DNA from: Henriciella sp.
Lineage (GTDB): Bacteria; Pseudomonadota; Alphaproteobacteria; Caulobacterales; Hyphomonadaceae
DNA: 64,000 nucleotides
Assembly (NCBI GenBank): GCA_965657655.1
Contig: CBFHPC010000001.1
Location: 8,678 to 72,677 of the forward strand
Reading direction: 5' to 3'
Part shown: piece after piece, positions 10,879-23,262 of the stretch
Layout: each line of letters opens with the position of its first letter
Position numbering within the stretch: the first letter of the stretch is position 1
The notes under the pieces: model-generated
Databases searched by the model: none
The model's input: only the letters and a program-made list of their open reading frames with translations
What the model was told of the DNA's origin: nothing
Made by a program: the position numbers and the translations under genes

Positions 10879-11460
10879 TTATTCGGGAAATAACTTCAGA
10901 TTTAGCTCGCGCAACACTTCCTTTGCTTCGTCACGCAATAATGAAAAAATGGCGAGATCCCGCCATGTTCCATCGCTGAAACGCGCATACTGGCGTAAAA
11001 CACCTTCCGGTTTTGCGCCAAGTTTAAGGATTGCTGCGGCACTTTTATGATTATTGGCCTCGATGATCCAGCCGATCCGTCGGCACCCCCAGTCCAGCGC
11101 GCGCTGTATCATCGCATGCTGGGTTGCTGCGAACATCTGCCGGTTTCGGAAGCGCGGCATGATCCAAGAATAACGAATGTAGAGACGCCGGTGGCCCGGA
11201 TCAATTTGATCAAAGGTGGTGATGCCGACCAGCTCCCGATGATCGGGCGTGTATACCACAAAAGTAATCAATTCTCCGTTGCGTCCCCGATTAATCGCAT
11301 ATTCAAAGTATTCGTTAAAGCCAGAGCCGCCTGATAGCGCCGGCGTTGACTCCCAGACGGCTTTTACAATGTCCGTCTGCTTCATTATCTTTCTGTGAAC
11401 CTCGGATAGGGGTTCAAGGCAAACGTGGCGATTGGCGAGGCTTGGCGCCGATAATTTCAT
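10879..11460 (-). CDS. GNAT family N-acetyltransferase (RimJ/RimL-like)
   Basis: VCLEPL, NHKSAAAILKLGAKPEGVLR, DGTWRDLAIFSLL. Confidence 0.85.
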   Translation of the reverse strand: MKLSAPSLANRHVCLEPLSEVHRKIMKQTDIVKAVWESTPALSGGSGFNEYFEYAINRGRNGELITFVVYTPDHRELVGITTFDQIDPGHRRLYIRYSWIMPRFRNRQMFAATQHAMIQRALDWGCRRIGWIIEANNHKSAAAILKLGAKPEGVLRQYARFSDGTWRDLAIFSLLRDEAKEVLRELNLKLFPE

Positions 11461-11732
11461 TGTCAGAAACCTGGTTCGATGAGTCTTTCAAAGCCTGTAA
11501 CAGTTTTCGTTTTGCCTTGATAGCTCGGAGCGAAACAAAACGATCGTCGGCTATATTATTCATAAAATTATATGGCCGCTGTCCTTATGGTTGATTGTGG
11601 TCGCGATCAGAGACGTGTTTTCGATAATCAGACAAGGCGGCAGCTTGTCTTGTGGTCGTCCACTCTATGTTCGAAACAATCTTGCCGTGCTTAACCCGAA
11701 CCTTGCCGTTCAGATGAGTAGAAACCCTCGAT

Positions 11733-14036
<2,304 letters not shown>

Positions 14037-14209
14037 TCCTTAAGCCCGAATAATATCAGCCACCGCGTTGATATGACTGGAAATTGTGGACGGCGCTTTC
14101 GACTTGTCGGGGCGCCGTTTGCGTTGGTCATCCGGCAACCGGGTTTGCGGTCTTTGGTTGATCTGGGCAGGCCTGTTATGCCGGGTCTGTTGCGCGAGGA
14201 GTTTTCCGA

Positions 14210-15109
14210 ATGAGTTTGCCAACCCTGCGTCAGCTCGAATTTCTGTGTGCAATTGCCAGTGAGGGGAGTTTTTCCCGGGCGGCCGAGGCCTGCCATGTGA
14301 CCCAACCGACGCTGTCGTCTGCGATTAAGGAGCTGGAAACCCTGCTCGGGGTCCAGCTGGTCGAGCGGGAGGCACGCGGTGCCTCGATGACCCATGCCGG
14401 GGCCGAGATCGTGTCCCGGGCCGAAGCGGTCCTGTCAAATGTCGAGGATCTGGTTTTTTCCGCCCGGCAGGCAAGCGAACCCCTGCGGGGCCCGTTCCGG
14501 CTTGGCGCTATTCCGACCATCGCGCCATTTCTTTTGCCAGCCCTGATCACCTCGCTCAGGCAGGCTCATCCGGCGTTAAAACTGTTTTTGCGTGAGGAGC
14601 AGACCGATCGTCTGATAGAGGATATTCGGGCCCGGCGCCTTGATGCGGCTCTGATTGCCCTGCCATGGCAGGCTCCGGGCATCCAGACCCGCGCTTTATG
14701 TCATGACGAGTTTTTGCTGGTTGCCCCGCTGTCTCATGATTTGTTAAATCAAAGGGCACTTTACAGTGACGATCTGCTTGAAGAGGACGTCCTGCTGCTC
14801 GAAGATGGCCATTGTTTGCGAGAGCATACGCTGTCGGTTTGCCAGCTTCCCGCAAACCGGCAGCGGTCGGATATAACAGCGACCAGCCTGCCGACGCTTA
14901 TCCATATGGTTGCCGGCGGTCTCGGCGTGTCGCTATTGCCCAGACTGGCCGTCGAGGGCGGCGCGACCAGCGGTATTGAGGTGGGTTTGCGGCCCTTTTC
15001 GGATCCGGTGATTGGCCGCACGATCGGTATCGCCTGGCGGGCCGGCTCGCCGCGTGCCGCCGAGGCTCATATGATCGGTCAGATTGTACAGGATATCGTC
15101 GACAGCTAG
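14210..15109 (+). CDS. oxyR: Hydrogen peroxide-inducible genes activator (LysR family)
   Basis: LysR HTH (FSRAAEACHVTQPTLS), GAIPTIAPFLLP, LLLEDGHCLR...SVC with both redox cysteines; adjacent to katG. Confidence 0.92.
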   Translation: MSLPTLRQLEFLCAIASEGSFSRAAEACHVTQPTLSSAIKELETLLGVQLVEREARGASMTHAGAEIVSRAEAVLSNVEDLVFSARQASEPLRGPFRLGAIPTIAPFLLPALITSLRQAHPALKLFLREEQTDRLIEDIRARRLDAALIALPWQAPGIQTRALCHDEFLLVAPLSHDLLNQRALYSDDLLEEDVLLLEDGHCLREHTLSVCQLPANRQRSDITATSLPTLIHMVAGGLGVSLLPRLAVEGGATSGIEVGLRPFSDPVIGRTIGIAWRAGSPRAAEAHMIGQIVQDIVDS

Positions 15110-16431
15110 ATCGGATCAGGCGCCCGGTAGATCTCTTCGTCAAGCTCGTCTTCCCAATTCGCAACCGTTGTCGCAACGGCGGCATCGCCACTGACATTTG
15201 TCAATGTTCTCATCATGTCGAGAATGCGGTCAAACGGGAATAGCACGGCCAGAATAATGATCATATTGTCCGGCTCTACACCAATCACCCCCAGGGTCGT
15301 GGTTGCCAGGAACAGGCCGACCGATGGAATGCCTGCACTGCCGATCGATACCAGCGTCGCCATCATCGCGACCAGAATATAGTCCGATGTGGCAAGCTCT
15401 ATGCCGAGGGCCTGGGCCGCAAACAGGGCGATTAACCCCTGATAAAGGGCGGTGCCATCCATGTTGATGGTGGCGCCAAGCGGCAAGACTGACGAGGCGA
15501 CGGGTTTGCCAATGCCAAGGTTTTTCGTGGCGCAGGAAATTGTCATTGGCAGGGTCGCATTCGACGACGCGGTCGAGAAGGCCACCATTTGCGCGTCGAC
15601 AATGCCGCGTAAAAACGGAAACATTGGCAGCCGGTTAACGATTTTGATCAGGACGCCATAGGTGAGCAGAATATGTAACCCGCAGGCGAGATAAAGTGCG
15701 GCTGTCATGAGCAGTAGATTGGACAGGATTGAAAGGCCCTGCGAGCTCATAATCCAGGCCATCAAGGCGAAAACACCGAACGGGGCTGTTTCCATGATCA
15801 GGAGCGTTAGCCGCATGACAGCGTCTGCTGCGCTGTTCATTGCCGCCGCAATCGGCTTTCCGGCGTCGCCGGCCAGCATGATTCCAATCGCAAACAGAAT
15901 TGCGAAGAATATAATGGCCAGGACATCACCTTCGGCCATCGCAGCGACCGGATTGGTCGGAATGATTGCCAGAATGGTCCGCATCAATTGCTCGAAAACA
16001 CCAACCGGTTCAGCTACGTTTGCCTGCAGGGTCGCGCGGGTCGATTCAATGTCGGCCAATGCCACACCGCTTATGTCGAAATCGGCACCAGGCTGTAAAA
16101 TAGTCCCGATAATTAGTCCGATTGAAACAGCAATCAGTGTGGTCACCATATAAATTGCAATGGCGCGACCGCCGAGACTTCCAAGTCGGCTGGGGTCGCC
16201 CATCGCCAGAACACCGGATATTAGCGTTGTGAAGATCAGGGGAACGACCAGCATTTTTATCAGGTTGATAAAGGCGTCGCCGAAGGGCTTGAAATAGGCT
16301 GATGCCGAGACCGCGGCTTCGGTTCCGATACCGTAGCGAAGGCCGGCGCCAACCAGAAGGCCGAGGCTAAGGCCCAGCATAACGCGCTTCCATAAATCGA
16401 TTTTAAACCACCAGCCCATGTTCATTCCCAT
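15106..16431 (-). CDS. Dicarboxylate/amino acid:cation symporter (GltP/DAACS family)
   Basis: FINLIKMLVVPLIF, AFSTASSNATLP, LPLGATINMDGTAL, DRILDMMRT. Confidence 0.95.
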   Translation of the reverse strand: MGMNMGWWFKIDLWKRVMLGLSLGLLVGAGLRYGIGTEAAVSASAYFKPFGDAFINLIKMLVVPLIFTTLISGVLAMGDPSRLGSLGGRAIAIYMVTTLIAVSIGLIIGTILQPGADFDISGVALADIESTRATLQANVAEPVGVFEQLMRTILAIIPTNPVAAMAEGDVLAIIFFAILFAIGIMLAGDAGKPIAAAMNSAADAVMRLTLLIMETAPFGVFALMAWIMSSQGLSILSNLLLMTAALYLACGLHILLTYGVLIKIVNRLPMFPFLRGIVDAQMVAFSTASSNATLPMTISCATKNLGIGKPVASSVLPLGATINMDGTALYQGLIALFAAQALGIELATSDYILVAMMATLVSIGSAGIPSVGLFLATTTLGVIGVEPDNMIIILAVLFPFDRILDMMRTLTNVSGDAAVATTVANWEDELDEEIYRAPDPI

Positions 16432-16507
16432 CAATTCTGCTTCCCAGACAACGCTAAGCCGCCTATTAAGACGCGTCTACACTTGCTGTCTTCAAGAAAG
16501 TTGATTC

Positions 16508-18502
16508 ATGACCCTGCTCGATCGTTTATCTTCAGGCCGGAAAGCTTGGATCATTCTTTTCTGTCTGACTCTGACTGCGGCGGCCCCGGGTGTGTTCAAT
16601 TTGCCGGCTCTCGACCGGGATGAAAGCCGGTTCGCACAATCATCGAAACAATATCTTGAAACCGGTGATTATATTGTGCTGCGCTATCAGGACGAGTTCC
16701 GGAATAAAAAGCCGGCCGGCATACACTGGTTACAGGCCGGCTCTGCGGCTGTATTTGGCGGCGAAGAGCGCCTCGAGATCTGGCCCTATCGGGTGCCCAG
16801 CTGGATCGGGGCGGCGCTGGCAACGCTCGCGACATTCTGGGCCGGGCTGGTTCTGATCGGACGGCGAGCGAGCTTTATCGGTGCAGCATTGTTCGGCAGT
16901 ACGCTTTTGCTAACAAGTGAAGCCCATATATCAAAAACTGATGGCGTACTTGTTTTTCTGACGAGCTGGGCGATTGGCGTCCTGGCGCGGTTGTATATGC
17001 GGGGTGATAATTCGCGTCGACTGGCTCTGCTTTTCTGGGGCATTATGGGCGCGAGTTTTCTGATCAAGGGGCCGGTGACACCGATGGTTACGGCCTATGC
17101 CGGGCTGGGCGTCTGGGTCTGGACCAAGCTCGCCGAAGGGCAGGGCGGAAACTGGTGGAGGCCGCTTGCCTGGTGGCCCGGTCCTTTATTGTTCGTGGCG
17201 ATGGTCTTGCCTTGGTTCATTTCGATCCAGATGGCAACTGAAGGCCAATACATACAGGGCGCGGTTGGCAAGGATCTCAAAGACAAATTTGCCGGCGCAT
17301 CGGAGGGGCATGCCGGCTGGCCGCTCTATCATCTGTCACATATCCCGGTCTGGTTCTTCCCGGCGACATTACTGCTTATTCCCGGTCTCGGTGCTAGCTG
17401 GTCGGCGCTCCGCGGGACAAATGATGCGGCGCGGCGGAAAGGCAGCGACGCGCTGATATTCGCACTTGCTCTGGGCGCTCTGGCGGCGCTGGCCAGCTGG
17501 ATTCTGCCGGGCGAGATCGGGGTCGGTGCCCCGTCAGCCTATCCCGCAATACTGGTGTTCGGTTTCTGGTATCTCTCAACCCGTCCCGAATGGCAGCAGC
17601 GCTGGCAGGTGGCAGTCGCACCAAGCGACGAAGTTAAGGCCCTGCGGCTACTGGTTGCATGGGCGCTCTTAACGACAATTTTCTTTGAATTAATGCCGAC
17701 CCGTCTGAGCCATTATATCCTGCCGGCCTACCCGGCGCTGAGTTTGCTTTGCGGATGGTCAGCGGTGAGATTGATTGACGGATTGCAGACCCCGAAAAAC
17801 GGATTTCTATCAGCGGGTCTGTTCGCATTTGGCGGCGGTGCGCTGGCGCTGGCCAGTTCCCCTTATGCTGCCGGTCTGTTGCGTAATGATGCTGCCGGTG
17901 ATTTTGCGACCGTATCAGCTGATACGGTCTTGCTGCAATGGCAGTCAATGGCGGTATTCCCGATCTGGTTATGGGTCCTGGGTGGTGCGAGCGTGATCCT
18001 GACTATTGCTGCTTTTGCCTATCGGCGCTGGCAACTGGCCGTTCTGCTGGCGGTTCTCTCAAGCGTGCTTCTGGGGTGGCATGTGCGGATACATTTCCTG
18101 CCGACCCAGAGCTGGGTTCACCCGACCGAACGGGCGCGTCTAGCCTTACAGCAGGTTTGTGGCGTGCCGTCTGAGTTCTGTGAGAGGTCGCTGGTGCCAC
18201 CATCGCGTGTGCTGGCGATTGGCTATGCCGAGCCGAGTTATGTCATGACGCTGGGAACTCAAAACCTGCACCCGCCCGAGACCCCGGTCGGGCTGCCGCC
18301 GGCGCCCTTGGCAGAGCCGGTCGTCTATCTGTTCAATCTCGAAGATCCAGCATCGCAACCGGCTATGGAGATCATGCAGGCTGAGGCGGATGAGAGCGGC
18401 TTTTGCGTGATGACATCGGATCCTGTTTACGGGTTGAATTATTCGAATGGTGACCCGGTCCATTTTGTGGCCGTCCGCTATCAGAATCAGGGCTGTGACT
18501 AG
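16508..18502 (+). CDS. ArnT-like GT-C glycosyltransferase (GT39/GT83 type)
   Basis: LDRDESRFAQ, RNKKPAGIHWLQ, YRVPS, LIKGPV, HYILPAYPAL; many transmembrane segments. Confidence 0.88.
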   Translation: MTLLDRLSSGRKAWIILFCLTLTAAAPGVFNLPALDRDESRFAQSSKQYLETGDYIVLRYQDEFRNKKPAGIHWLQAGSAAVFGGEERLEIWPYRVPSWIGAALATLATFWAGLVLIGRRASFIGAALFGSTLLLTSEAHISKTDGVLVFLTSWAIGVLARLYMRGDNSRRLALLFWGIMGASFLIKGPVTPMVTAYAGLGVWVWTKLAEGQGGNWWRPLAWWPGPLLFVAMVLPWFISIQMATEGQYIQGAVGKDLKDKFAGASEGHAGWPLYHLSHIPVWFFPATLLLIPGLGASWSALRGTNDAARRKGSDALIFALALGALAALASWILPGEIGVGAPSAYPAILVFGFWYLSTRPEWQQRWQVAVAPSDEVKALRLLVAWALLTTIFFELMPTRLSHYILPAYPALSLLCGWSAVRLIDGLQTPKNGFLSAGLFAFGGGALALASSPYAAGLLRNDAAGDFATVSADTVLLQWQSMAVFPIWLWVLGGASVILTIAAFAYRRWQLAVLLAVLSSVLLGWHVRIHFLPTQSWVHPTERARLALQQVCGVPSEFCERSLVPPSRVLAIGYAEPSYVMTLGTQNLHPPETPVGLPPAPLAEPVVYLFNLEDPASQPAMEIMQAEADESGFCVMTSDPVYGLNYSNGDPVHFVAVRYQNQGCD

Positions 18503-18610
18503 CAGCGACCGGGCGCGTTGTCGGCTCTTGCCGAGATTGCTTGCCTGCCCCCACGTCGTCCTTGACAGCGCCGGCTAGGCTTGGCCCTCTGGGGAAAAAG
18601 GGAGGCATTC

Positions 18611-19495
18611 ATGATCGATTTATCTGGAAAGGTTGCTGTGATAACCGGCGCTGCAAGTGGCATCGGATTGTCTGGCGTTGAGGTTTTTGTTGCCGCCGGC
18701 GCCAAAGTCGTTGCCGGTGATATCCAGACCGAAAAAGGCGAGGCGCTGCAGGCGCGATTTGGCGCGGATAAAGTCGTTTATCGTGATTGCAACGTGCTTG
18801 AGCCGGAGCAGATAAAGGCTCTCATCCAACAGGCCGAGGACAGCTTTGGCGGGCTTGATGTGCTGTGGAACAATGCCGGTAGCGGCGGTACGCCAGGTGG
18901 CGTCGAGGAGCTTGATCTTGACGGCTATGACAAGACGATGGCGCTTCTTCTGAAATCAGTTTTTGCCGGCACGCATTATGCTGTGCCATTGATGAAGAAA
19001 CGCGGCGGTGGAAGCGTCATAAACACGTCTTCGATTTCAGCTGTTTGCGCCGGCTATGCGCCGCTGGTCTATTCCGTGGCGAAAAAGGGTGTCGCACATT
19101 TCTCAAAAGTATCGGCTGCCGAGCTTTCCAAATATAAAATTCGCGTTAACGCTATTCTCCCTGGCTTTATCGCGACGTCAATTTTTGGCGCGTCACTCGG
19201 CCTGCCGACCGCGCAGGCCGATCAGATGGCCGAAATGGTTGCCCAGAACGGAAGTGATATGCAGCCAATCGGCCGAACGGGAACAGGTGCCGATATCGCG
19301 TCAATGGCGGCTTTTCTGGCATCTGACGCGGCCGGCTTTATCACCGGCGGAGAGTTCGTGGTCGATGGCGGTATGACGGTCGGGCCCCAGCATGCCTGGG
19401 ATGATCGCGCGGCCGGGCCATTGCTGGATGCGCTCGGTATATCGCCGGAACAGGCCGAGCAAATGGCCGCCGCCTTGCGTTCACCCGAGTCCTAA
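18611..19495 (+). CDS. SDR family oxidoreductase
   Basis: TGAASGIG, NNAG, YSVAK catalytic motif. ATG at 18611 follows GGAGG. Confidence 0.95.
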   Translation: MIDLSGKVAVITGAASGIGLSGVEVFVAAGAKVVAGDIQTEKGEALQARFGADKVVYRDCNVLEPEQIKALIQQAEDSFGGLDVLWNNAGSGGTPGGVEELDLDGYDKTMALLLKSVFAGTHYAVPLMKKRGGGSVINTSSISAVCAGYAPLVYSVAKKGVAHFSKVSAAELSKYKIRVNAILPGFIATSIFGASLGLPTAQADQMAEMVAQNGSDMQPIGRTGTGADIASMAAFLASDAAGFITGGEFVVDGGMTVGPQHAWDDRAAGPLLDALGISPEQAEQMAAALRSPES

Positions 19496-19764
19496 CGCGA
19501 TCTTGGCGGGATCTGTGCGATATGGTCTGTGAGCCGATCGAGCGCGTCAATGGTCGCTGATGGCTGTTGTTTGTCATCAAACAGGTGGAGCGCACCATCT
19601 ATCTTCCGGAGCGAGAATTGCCGCCAATTAGATTGCTTGCGGTACAATAAGATTTCGTCTGGGCGATCGCCACTCTGCGACCAGCCCATCCAATTGTGAT
19701 CCGAGGGGACAGACCGCCACAGACGGTCTAAGGTCTCGATCTCGGTTGAGGAAAAACTATTCAT
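19492..19764 (-). CDS. Hypothetical 90-aa protein
   Basis: The ORF exactly fills the gap between the SDR and DMT genes and has a plausible globular composition; no family recognised. Confidence 0.55.
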   Translation of the reverse strand: MNSFSSTEIETLDRLWRSVPSDHNWMGWSQSGDRPDEILLYRKQSNWRQFSLRKIDGALHLFDDKQQPSATIDALDRLTDHIAQIPPRSR

Positions 19765-20710
19765 GACACAACGAGGAAATCAATCCGGTTACTGGACGGT
19801 TAACAGCGAAGCGATTTCCGGTAATCTCAGAGGCGGCATATTTATGTTGTTGTCTGGTGTGGGTTTCACGCTCTACCTGCTGATGAACAAGATTCTGTCG
19901 GCTGATCTTCACCCGGTTTTACTGGCAATTGCGCGGGCTTTCTTCGGTGTACTTTTCGCCCTTCCATTCGTCTTCAGATCGGGGCTTTCATCACTTTCGA
20001 CGCGCCGGCCACTGCTGCTGGTCGCGCGATCCTTATGTGGCACGCTTGGCTTTACACTGGCGATTATTTCGGTGTCGGACCTTTATGCGATGACACTCGC
20101 CCAGTTCAATGCGATCAGCTTCACCCGGCCATTATTCGTCACCGTTCTGGCGGCAGTATTGCTCGGCGAGACGGTCGGCCGGCATCGCTGGACGGCCGTT
20201 CTGATTGGATTTCTCGGGGTCATTATTATGGTTCTGCCGGGGCTCGATCTTTTTGGTGCCGCCGCCTCGCCCGGCGGACAGGTCGATTTCAGTATCGCAA
20301 CAGCGCTTGGCAGCGCCTTTTTTCTGGCGGCGGCGATTGTGATGGTAAAATCCCTAACCGCCGAGCTTAAACCGATGGTGCTGCTATTCTATGCTAATCT
20401 GTTTTCGACGATATTGCTGGTGCCATTTGCGATTGTATACTGGTCTGACATTCCCGCGAATTTGTGGGGAGAGATCATTCTGATGTGCCTGTTTGGGTTT
20501 CTGAGCCAACTTTGCTTCATTTCGGCGATGAGCGTCGGTGATGCTTCGTTTCTGTCGCCGTTCGATTATCTCCGCCTGCCAATGTCGGCGGTCGCGGACT
20601 TTTCGGTATATCGACTGGTTCCCGGGCTAAATGTCTGGTTTGGTGCGATTATTATTGTTGTTTCGACGCTTTATATCAGCTGGCGGGAGAGACGCCGGCA
20701 GCAGGTCTAA
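19763..20710 (+). CDS. DMT/EamA family transporter
   Basis: About 10 TM helices, NLRGGIFML, LLGETVGRHRW, FLSPFDYLRL. Confidence 0.92.
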   Translation: MTQRGNQSGYWTVNSEAISGNLRGGIFMLLSGVGFTLYLLMNKILSADLHPVLLAIARAFFGVLFALPFVFRSGLSSLSTRRPLLLVARSLCGTLGFTLAIISVSDLYAMTLAQFNAISFTRPLFVTVLAAVLLGETVGRHRWTAVLIGFLGVIIMVLPGLDLFGAAASPGGQVDFSIATALGSAFFLAAAIVMVKSLTAELKPMVLLFYANLFSTILLVPFAIVYWSDIPANLWGEIILMCLFGFLSQLCFISAMSVGDASFLSPFDYLRLPMSAVADFSVYRLVPGLNVWFGAIIIVVSTLYISWRERRRQQV

Positions 20711-20834
20711 TTACCGAACTTAATGGCCGGCTTTGGACGGACGCATTCATATTTCGCCGCTATATGCTGATTTTCATCGCGATATCTTCGCCTTGGCGCT
20801 TTGCGTTTGAAAGCTTTGTCGCTAAAGCGGGCAG

Positions 20835-22220
20835 ATGAGCATAAGATTATATGATACGGCCTGTCGGGAAAAGCGATTGTTCGAGCCCGGTGATCCGGCG
20901 CGCGTAACCCTCTATGTGTGCGGTCCGACCGTTTATAATCGTGCCCATATCGGCAATTTCCGACCGGTGATTGTGTTTGATACCCTGTTTCGTTTGTTGC
21001 GGGCCGAGTATGGCGCCGATGCGGTCATATATGCGCGCAATATCACCGATATTGATGATAAAATTATCGATGCGATTGAGATGACGGGGCGGTCCCGGCT
21101 GGAAATTACCAATAAATATGCTGATTTATACGCTGCCGATGCGCGTGCTGTGAACGCGTTGTCGCCAACGATCGTGCCCTGGGCAACCGAACACATTCAC
21201 GAGATGCGGACACTGATTACAGAGCTGATTGATAAGGGCCATGCTTACGTTTCAGATCGTGGGGTCTATTTCGAAGTTTCGAAAATGTCTGACTATGGCG
21301 AGCTATCGGGCCGGAAGCTCGACGATAATGAGGCCGGTGCGCGGGTAAACATTGATAGTGATAAGCGTGATGCAGCCGATTTTGCTTTATGGAAATTTGC
21401 GAAACCGGGCGAGCCCGATGATGCGATATGGGACAGTCCCTGGGGCGCCGGCCGGCCAGGCTGGCATATTGAGTGCTCGGCAATGGCCGCGCGTCATCTC
21501 GGTCAGACGATTGATATTCATGGTGGCGGGATTGATCTGCAATTCCCGCATCATGAGAATGAGAAGGCGCAGTCGGAGTGTGCGCACGGGGCGCAGATGG
21601 CGCGTTACTGGATGCATAACGGGTTTCTCGATATGTCCGGTGAAAAAATGTCCAAATCGCTCGGAAATGTTGTTCTTCTGCATGATCTGCTAGCTGACTG
21701 GCCGGGCGAGGTGATCCGGTTTGCAATGCTTTCGGGGCATTATCGCGCGCCACTCGACTGGACCCCGGACCTGCTACAGCAAGCCAGTACAACCCTTAAC
21801 CGGATCTATGGGGCGCTACGTCGGGTCTGGTCAGAGGCCGGCGGCACCGCCAGTGATACAGGTGTGATCGCGGCATTAAAAGACGATCTGAATACGCCGG
21901 TTGCATTGGCCGAACTTTCGCGGCTTGCCGGGGAAGCAAATGGTGCCGCAGATCGGGATGACCGCGCCGGAATGGCTGCGATCCGCGCCGATCTGTTGGC
22001 GGCTGGCCAGCATCTGGGTTTGCTATCTGTCTCTCCGACCGAATGGGAGCAGGGTGGGGATGATGCGGAAAAAGACCGGATTGACGCTTTGGTTGCGGCG
22101 CGGATCGAGGCCCGGAACCAGAAGGACTGGGCTGAAGCAGATCGTTTACGGGACCAGTTGAAAGCCGAAGGTATCGAAATTATGGACGGCGCCGGCGGCT
22201 CGACCTGGCGACGTTTATAA
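20835..22220 (+). CDS. cysS: Cysteine--tRNA ligase
   Basis: YVCGPTVY, HIGN, GRPGWHIECSAM, FPHHENE, KMSKS. Confidence 0.98.
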   Translation: MSIRLYDTACREKRLFEPGDPARVTLYVCGPTVYNRAHIGNFRPVIVFDTLFRLLRAEYGADAVIYARNITDIDDKIIDAIEMTGRSRLEITNKYADLYAADARAVNALSPTIVPWATEHIHEMRTLITELIDKGHAYVSDRGVYFEVSKMSDYGELSGRKLDDNEAGARVNIDSDKRDAADFALWKFAKPGEPDDAIWDSPWGAGRPGWHIECSAMAARHLGQTIDIHGGGIDLQFPHHENEKAQSECAHGAQMARYWMHNGFLDMSGEKMSKSLGNVVLLHDLLADWPGEVIRFAMLSGHYRAPLDWTPDLLQQASTTLNRIYGALRRVWSEAGGTASDTGVIAALKDDLNTPVALAELSRLAGEANGAADRDDRAGMAAIRADLLAAGQHLGLLSVSPTEWEQGGDDAEKDRIDALVAARIEARNQKDWAEADRLRDQLKAEGIEIMDGAGGSTWRRL

Positions 22221-22337
22221 GTTTCGGACCGCCGTTTTTTACAGCATATTTGCCATCAACCGCATAATCATGCTGACGGGTTGCGGTAATTAGTCTCCCC
22301 ACTTGATTTTAGTGGCGATGGGCGCGACATCTGCCCT

Positions 22338-22778
22338 ATGGCAGATCTTTATCACAACCGCGTGCTCGAATTAGCGGCGAATATCCCTAATCTCGGCAGT
22401 CTGCCGACCTATGATGCATCGGTCGAAAAAGTATCCCGCGTGTGTGGGTCGTCGGTTCGGGTGGACATTACCTTAAGCGAAGACGGCCAGTCGATTGCTG
22501 CGATTGCCGTCAATCCGCAAGCTTGCGCCCTTGGACAGGCAGCGACTGCCATTCTGTCCGAGCATGCCGTTAGTGCCAGCATTGACGAGGTGCGCCAGGC
22601 CCGGAATGATTTAAACGACATGTTGAGAAAGGGTGCGGAACCGCCGCAGGGCCGGTTCTGGGAACTTCGTCACCTAGCGGGGGTGCGGGATTACCCGCCA
22701 CGACATGCATCGACCATGCTTGCTTTTGATGCGGCTGTTTCGGCAATCGACAAGGCTCGTGAGACGCCCGCAACCTGA
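22338..22778 (+). CDS. NifU/IscU N-terminal-like Fe-S scaffold homolog
   Basis: SRVCGS, ACALGQA, VRDYPPRHAS pattern of the alphaproteobacterial U-type family found near yidD-thrS. Confidence 0.85.
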   Translation: MADLYHNRVLELAANIPNLGSLPTYDASVEKVSRVCGSSVRVDITLSEDGQSIAAIAVNPQACALGQAATAILSEHAVSASIDEVRQARNDLNDMLRKGAEPPQGRFWELRHLAGVRDYPPRHASTMLAFDAAVSAIDKARETPAT

Positions 22779-22922
22779 AGAAGCGCCTTGAATGTCTGCC
22801 AATATAATGGCCCGAAGACATGTTCGACGGAAACTGCGATTATTTCGCGGCCATAGACTTGCGGTCGGTGGTGACGAGTGATTATGTACCGCTCCGTTTT
22901 TATCTGGACACTCGTTTCTATT

Positions 22923-23249
22923 ATGGCTTCTGCACGCCGGTTTATCGCAATGGCTTTGCTGAAGGCCTATAAGCTCACTTTGTCTCCGGTGTTTGAGTTG
23001 TTTGGGGCGAAATGCCGGCATTATCCAAGCTGCAGCATCTATGGCGCCGAATCCGTTTCCCGTTTCGGGATCTGGCCCGGCGGCTGGATGACCCTTGCGC
23101 GGTTGAGCCGTTGCCGGCCGGGCGGGTCGTCGGGATATGACCCGGTCCCGGATAAAAAACTTGATGCTCCATTCTGGGCGCCATGGAAATTTGGCGATTG
23201 GGCTTTGACAGAGCGCCCATTTCCTGATCAAGGGCAGGCAAAAGAATGA
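22923..23249 (+). CDS. yidD: Membrane protein insertion efficiency factor YidD
   Basis: [28 protein letters not shown]. Start codon uncertain. Confidence 0.92.
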   Translation: MASARRFIAMALLKAYKLTLSPVFELFGAKCRHYPSCSIYGAESVSRFGIWPGGWMTLARLSRCRPGGSSGYDPVPDKKLDAPFWAPWKFGDWALTERPFPDQGQAKE

Positions 23250-23262
23250 GAATATTGAAATT

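Noticed and set aside
11414-11563. 49-aa minus-strand ORF (MNNIADDRFVSLRAIKAKRKLLQ...) upstream of the GNAT gene
   Set aside because: It overlaps the GNAT start by 47 bp, lacks a well-placed RBS and has no recognisable motif.
19789-19804. CtrA-like sites TTAC-N7-TTAAC here and TTAG-N7-TTAA at 31725-31739
   Set aside because: Each has a mismatch to TTAA-N7-TTAA, and such short matches arise by chance; there is no independent support.
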